NCBI GenBank assembly: GCA_965113315.1
Contig: OZ220364.1
Length of the DNA: 64,000 bases
Reading direction: 5' to 3' (one strand)
From: Podarcis vaucheri
Taxonomy: Eukaryota
Position numbers and translations under genes: made by a program. Under the pieces are notes generated by a model. It did not search any database, was not told the DNA's origin, and worked only from the letters and a program-made list of their open reading frames with translations. Positions 58,985 through 64,000 of the stretch are shown here, piece by piece (positions within the stretch are counted from its first letter, which is position 1; the number at the start of each line of letters is the position of its first letter).

Positions 58985-59998
58985 AAAAAAGATCCAAATA
59001 TCAAGATTACTCTGAATCTCCTGACTTCCCCTCATCCCTTCCATGGGTCCTAATAATATTTACAACTGCATATCAGTACTTGTCCAAATTTTTATCCTTT
59101 CAAATTGTTCATACTTTCCGTTACTTCACAAGTGTGGCTAAAATCCTGCCAATGTTTTAACCTGTTTACAATGGTCTTGTAAATAAATTATAAACTTTTC
59201 TCCATTCTTTGTTAAAGTTCTTATCTTCTTGGTTTCTAAGCTTCCCAGTTAATTTCTCCACTTCGGCATAGTCCATCAACTTGGTTTGCCATTCTTCTCT
59301 GGTAGGGGTTGTCTCTTCCTTCCATCCCTGGGCTAATAGCATCCATGCGGCTGTTGTCGCATACATAAACAGTCTTTTCTGGTCCTTCGGTATCTTGGTA
59401 CCTAAAATTCCTAATAAAAAAGCTTCTGGTTTTTTAACAAAATATATTTTAAACATTTTTTTCATTTCATTATATATCATCTCCCAGAAACTTTTAGTTA
59501 CTTTACACATCCACCACATATGATAAAAGGTACCTTCTTTTTCTTTACATTTCCAACAAGTATTTGGACTTGTTCTGTACATTATTGCTAACTTAAAAAG
59601 GTAAAGGTAAAGGTACCCCTGCCCGAACGGGCCAGTCTTGACAGACTCTGGGGTTTGTGCGCCCATCTCACATCTATAGGCCGGGGGCCAGCGCTGTCCG
59701 GAGACACTTCCGGGTCACATGGCCAGCGTGACAAAGCTGCATCTGGCGAGCCAGAGCCGCACACGGAACGCCGTTTACCTTCCCGCTGGTAAGCGGTACC
59801 TATTTATCTACTTGCCCCCGGGGGTGCTTTCGAACTGCTAGGTTGGCAGGCGCTGGGACCGAGCAGCGGGAGCGCACCCCGCCGCGGGGATTCGAACCGC
59901 CGACCTTTCGATCGGCAAGCCCTAGGCGCTGAGGCTTTAACCCACAGCGCCACCCGCGTCCTATTGCTAACTTAACCGGGGTCAAATACCACTGGTAT
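58985..59998 (-). mobile_element. L1-clade LINE ORF2 C-terminal fragment interrupted by a Sauria SINE
   Basis: With the SINE removed, the frame reads [39 protein letters not shown] (CCHC knuckle)...REEWQTKLMDYAE. Confidence 0.88.
59597..59961 (-). mobile_element. Sauria SINE (Squam1)
   Basis: (AAAGGT)n tail on the plus strand; head GGACGCGGGTGGCGCTGTGG on the minus strand; 14-bp TSD TATTGCTAACTTAA; CpGs largely intact. Confidence 0.94.
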
Positions 59999-62049
59999 TT
60001 GATGTCCTCTCAGCTTTTCAATATACATTTTTTTGTGCTGTACTAGTACCTCCTAAAAGGTGTATGTTCTGAATCATGGTTAAGGCATTCTGAAATAGGT
60101 ACCAGCTCTCAGGGATGGGCGCTATGATCTTTTCACATGGAAGACTGAACTATGGATGAAAATGGCCCCCAAGGTAAATTCCTTCCCTAGTATTCTCCAT
60201 ATGTGCAGGAAAGGGAGTTTCTTTGTGCCTAGTGAGGAAGTGAGGCCAACAAATTGCAAAGCTCTGCATTTTTCACTTACTCCCAGTGGATGCTGCACAA
60301 GATGATTAATATTTTAACATCTTTGTGTTCTCTGTTTTACTTTTAACACTGGAGCACTTTAAATCACTTGGGAAGAAGAAGGTCTGTCTCTTCTCCAGTT
60401 ACATAAACAACTGGTGGTACTAGGGCAAAAAAGGGAAATAATTTGGGTGGAGTTAGGAGAGAAGGTAGGATGAAGAAAACTGTTTTACATGTAACGTCAA
60501 AAACTTAAATTTTCCAGCGCCTGGTGTGAGTGCAGAGTTAGATTCCTATGTTCTGCTGGAATTGAGTTCTGCAGAAGCTCTGAAAGTTTCTTGTAAACAA
60601 TGTTGGAAAGTAGAGAGAATATTCCAGGTCTTCAAACAAATGCCTGTCCTGTTTTTCCACCCATCCCCATGTGGATAGGCCTCATTTATTAGAGGATGAA
60701 AAATGAGTCAATGACCTTGTCCACTGCCCTTCCCACATTTTATGTATTTGAGTCCTGTTTACTAGAGTAGAGATGTAAAATTTATGGAACTGCTAGCAGC
60801 ATTGATAACCCCCCCCCTTGTGGGTAGGATGGGGGTAATGATGAACATTTTGTGAAACACTGAAATATTAGCGGTATGTGCTTGAGAGTTCATACTGCAT
60901 TTGATAATAGCCATTGGGGTCAGAGGTACTTTAAGAATAGAGATGCCCTTAAAATACAACAAACTAATGTTTGAAATAAGGAATTGCAAAGTTAAATATA
61001 TTGAATTGAATTTCCAAAATATATAACTGCCACCAGATGTTAATAAAATAATACTGACAGTGAACCAGACATCTATACCAGTGTAACCATTTCTATTGTA
61101 GCTTTGAAAAAATGAATGTTTTTTTCCTCTTCATATTCTAAAACCAGTATTTGAAGACTCCATGGTTTGTCATCTTAACCCAACACACTGTTATTTCTAC
61201 AGATTGATCCTCTGTACCAATTGGTCAGGATCCTTAGGGTTTGGGGTTTGTTTGTTTTTACATTTAACTGCCAATCCCAATTTGTTTTTGAAAGTCTACC
61301 AACCTTCAAAAGGGGCTTGCCATGTGTATCGGAGGACCGTTGCTGAGATTACAAGCCTCGTTCCAGAAGTGGTTGGTGCATCTCTCTGGAATGTGGTCCT
61401 TGAACTAGCTTCAAGCCTTTCACATCTTGGTCTGATGCTTAAATTTTGTGCATTTCCAAATGTACCTGATAGGCAATAATCAGAGGGGAATTTTTTCCCT
61501 TTTTAAATTGCTCTTAATAAAATTAGAACAGGAAAAAATATTTAAAATCAAAATAGTGGTTGGATATTACATTTTAAATGCTCCCTTGTTTATTTATTTG
61601 TTTTTGGAGGTAAGATTTGAAAGATAGGCTTAACTGTGGGGTACAGACCAGTTTGAATGCAACTAAAAAACACCTGACAGGCATGCCACATTAGTCCTCT
61701 TGCCATTGTCAGGGTTTCTCTGTCTTAAAGTGGATATATGTTGACAGCTAGTGCAATTGCCATTTCACACAGCTTCCTTGTAAAAGACCTGTTGCCTGGC
61801 TTAACTTGCTTCATCCCAAAGGGTTTTTTTTAAAAAAAGAATCTTTGAAATTACCCAAATGAATGATTCACATAAGTATATGTAATTATCTATGGAAGAA
61901 TGAATCATCTTGCAGCTGCTTCCAATTAATGTCTATCATTTATGAAATAGTTCAGATACTATTTGGGAGAAATTGACACTCTGTAACTATACTGTTTGGG
62001 TCCCCCTCTGCATGTTTGTGCTGCTCTCCTGGCCTGCTGTCATCCAAAG

Positions 62050-62320
62050 ATTTGGGTCTCTGCGCTACCCTTATACAGATGATACCCATTCCATCTCTCC
62101 ATTCTGTTTGAATCAGTAGTAGCAGCTGTGCAGTGCTGGACCAGTGTCTAGAGGAAGTGATGGGCTGAATGAGGATCAGTAAACTTAGGCTGAATCCTGA
62201 TAAGATGGAGCTGGGATGGACAGGCAAGTCTTGTGTCTGGAAATTAGGAGGACAACCTGTTCTGGGAGGGGGTGCACTCCCTTCTCTAGAGGAACAGGTT
62301 TGTAGTGTGTGCTCTGGAAG
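62050..62320 (+). mobile_element. Old L2 LINE RT fragment
   Basis: TATACAGATGATACCC (YADDT-like) followed by LDQCLEEVMG*MRISKLRLNPDKME. Confidence 0.75.
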
Positions 62321-64000
62321 TAGTATAAAATACTTGCATTTTGGCTATTTTGTGATGGCTGTGGATCCGCTGACAAAGCTCTGAAATCTTAATATCTTTC
62401 TTTGTGTTTCTTCTTGTGTACTAATACTTTGTCCCTTGCTCCAGCCCTTCAGGGTTGAGGAAGCTACGCACCCAGTCAAAATGATTTCTTTTTACCAGAA
62501 AGCAGCTAAAGAACAGTTTTGGAAATGGCAACATTACCCTCTTTGTTCTTACCCCAACACAGAATCAACATTGTGTCATTTAATATTTTTTTTAAGGCAG
62601 TTGCTGCTTCCTCTAGAGGTCTATATTGCTGTTTTAATACAAATCACTCTCTTGATGATTACCAAATCCATTCCACTGCACCCTTGCAATAACTTAGGCT
62701 TTTTACTATTTTGCTTGACTGCTAGTGATATATTGATGTGATATTTAGAGAGGAAGAGATGATTGAGCTAGAATAATAGCAGGGAATCTTAGGAGATTGC
62801 AAGGACATTTTTTCATATTCTTGTGTAGTGGGAAGGAGAATTGTCCTAGATGGAAGGGCTGACCATTTAAGGGCAAAACAAAACATTACCTGTCTAACTG
62901 TTATGGAAAAACCACCCTATTTTGCCTTTTTCACAACAAGATCTTCATTGAGCTGTTGACTCATGGTCAGTCACCATCTGTTAGGACCCGCTTCACATAT
63001 ATGATTTTATTTTATTTAGAAGATTTATAAACCGCTCAATTGAAGAGCTCTCTAAGCAGTATACAATAAGTCGTATCTTTGGTCTCAGTTTTAAATCATA
63101 ACCAACTGTCCTTTGGATTATCTTCTCTGTTTGAGTCCTTGCGTTCTTGAATTTTGGGACAGTGCCATCACATATGGAGATCATCAGCTGCTATTTGTCC
63201 ACATTTTCAACCTCCGTATGTTTTGTTCTTATCAGTTTTATTTAATTTATTTAGGGTTAAATACCAACTATATTACAGTTGATAAAAAAGCTAAAGCTGA
63301 CACAGATGGCATTGCTTGCTGTGCCAGTAAAAACAGATGTCCATCTGCATAGAAGTGTCAGTCATTTTACCCATCTCTTTCTAAAAAAATTCCTTTTTCT
63401 GTAACACTTATTTCATTAGAAGACGGTATATTTTTGATGGTAATCCCTTAGTTTTGTCTGTTGTTAGAACTTAGTATTCAAATCCTGAATACAAGGTTCC
63501 TTTTCTAAAAATTTCCATGGTTACATAATTTCTCAGTTGACAAATTTGGAACCAGTGGGGGTGATAAGAATCTGATGGCTTTTCACAATGTCATTGACTC
63601 TTATAATACTGTTTTTTTTTACTCGTAGAGCACTCCATTTGCAGTGCTAGGTGTTTCATTACAACTAAAATATGACAAAAGGGATATAGAAGGACTTTAA
63701 AATATTTGTGCAAGATGTTAGCGTTTTTCATATTGTTCAAGAACTCTGGCATTTTAGGCTTCTGATGTTTCTCAAACTTACTTTTAAACCCCAAGGTGGG
63801 TTAGTAAATGGCATTTTAGCATTACCTGGTTCCGCCACATACTCAGGATCAGTTTGGTGCTCTTTGGCAATTGAATTCTGTTTTAGACATTTATATTGCA
63901 GACTACATGATGCAGTTGCAGCTAACTAACCCCCTTTTATGGCAGGAAAAGTGAAAACTGGTTGTTCTGGAGCAGTAAGTAAGTAGAAGCTGCTTTTCTT

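Noticed and set aside
59166-59666. 166-aa zinc-knuckle protein gene
   Set aside because: It is a chimera of a Sauria SINE tail (which supplies the start codon) and a truncated L1 ORF2.
47671-64000. STX8 exons 7-8
   Set aside because: No EIIDDL...-like or transmembrane-coding exon was found; they presumably lie beyond the window.

Overview
Vertebrate genomic DNA. Sauria-type and Squam-type SINEs point to a squamate reptile, probably a lacertid lizard. Two protein-coding genes lie head-to-head. (1) On the minus strand is a complete six-coding-exon TBC1D24-like gene (TBC + TLDc domains, 570 aa, CDS 14381->4802). It is clearly divergent from canonical TBC1D24 and lies beside STX8, suggesting a paralog. 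(2) On the plus strand are the CpG-island promoter and coding exons 1-6 of syntaxin-8 (STX8, 30732..47670); the remaining exons were not found in the window. STX8 intron 3 has minor-spliceosome (U12) signals. The rest is intron or intergenic DNA rich in hAT and Tc1/mariner MITEs, SINEs and CR1/L2/L1/Penelope fragments, often nested, plus a 13 x 28-bp minisatellite. The most unusual structure is a composite mariner-type MITE (16765..17278) carrying an inverted ~228-bp copy of STX8 intron-4 DNA from 26 kb away. Nearly all short ORFs in the supplied track look spurious. All family assignments are from memory; no searches were run.
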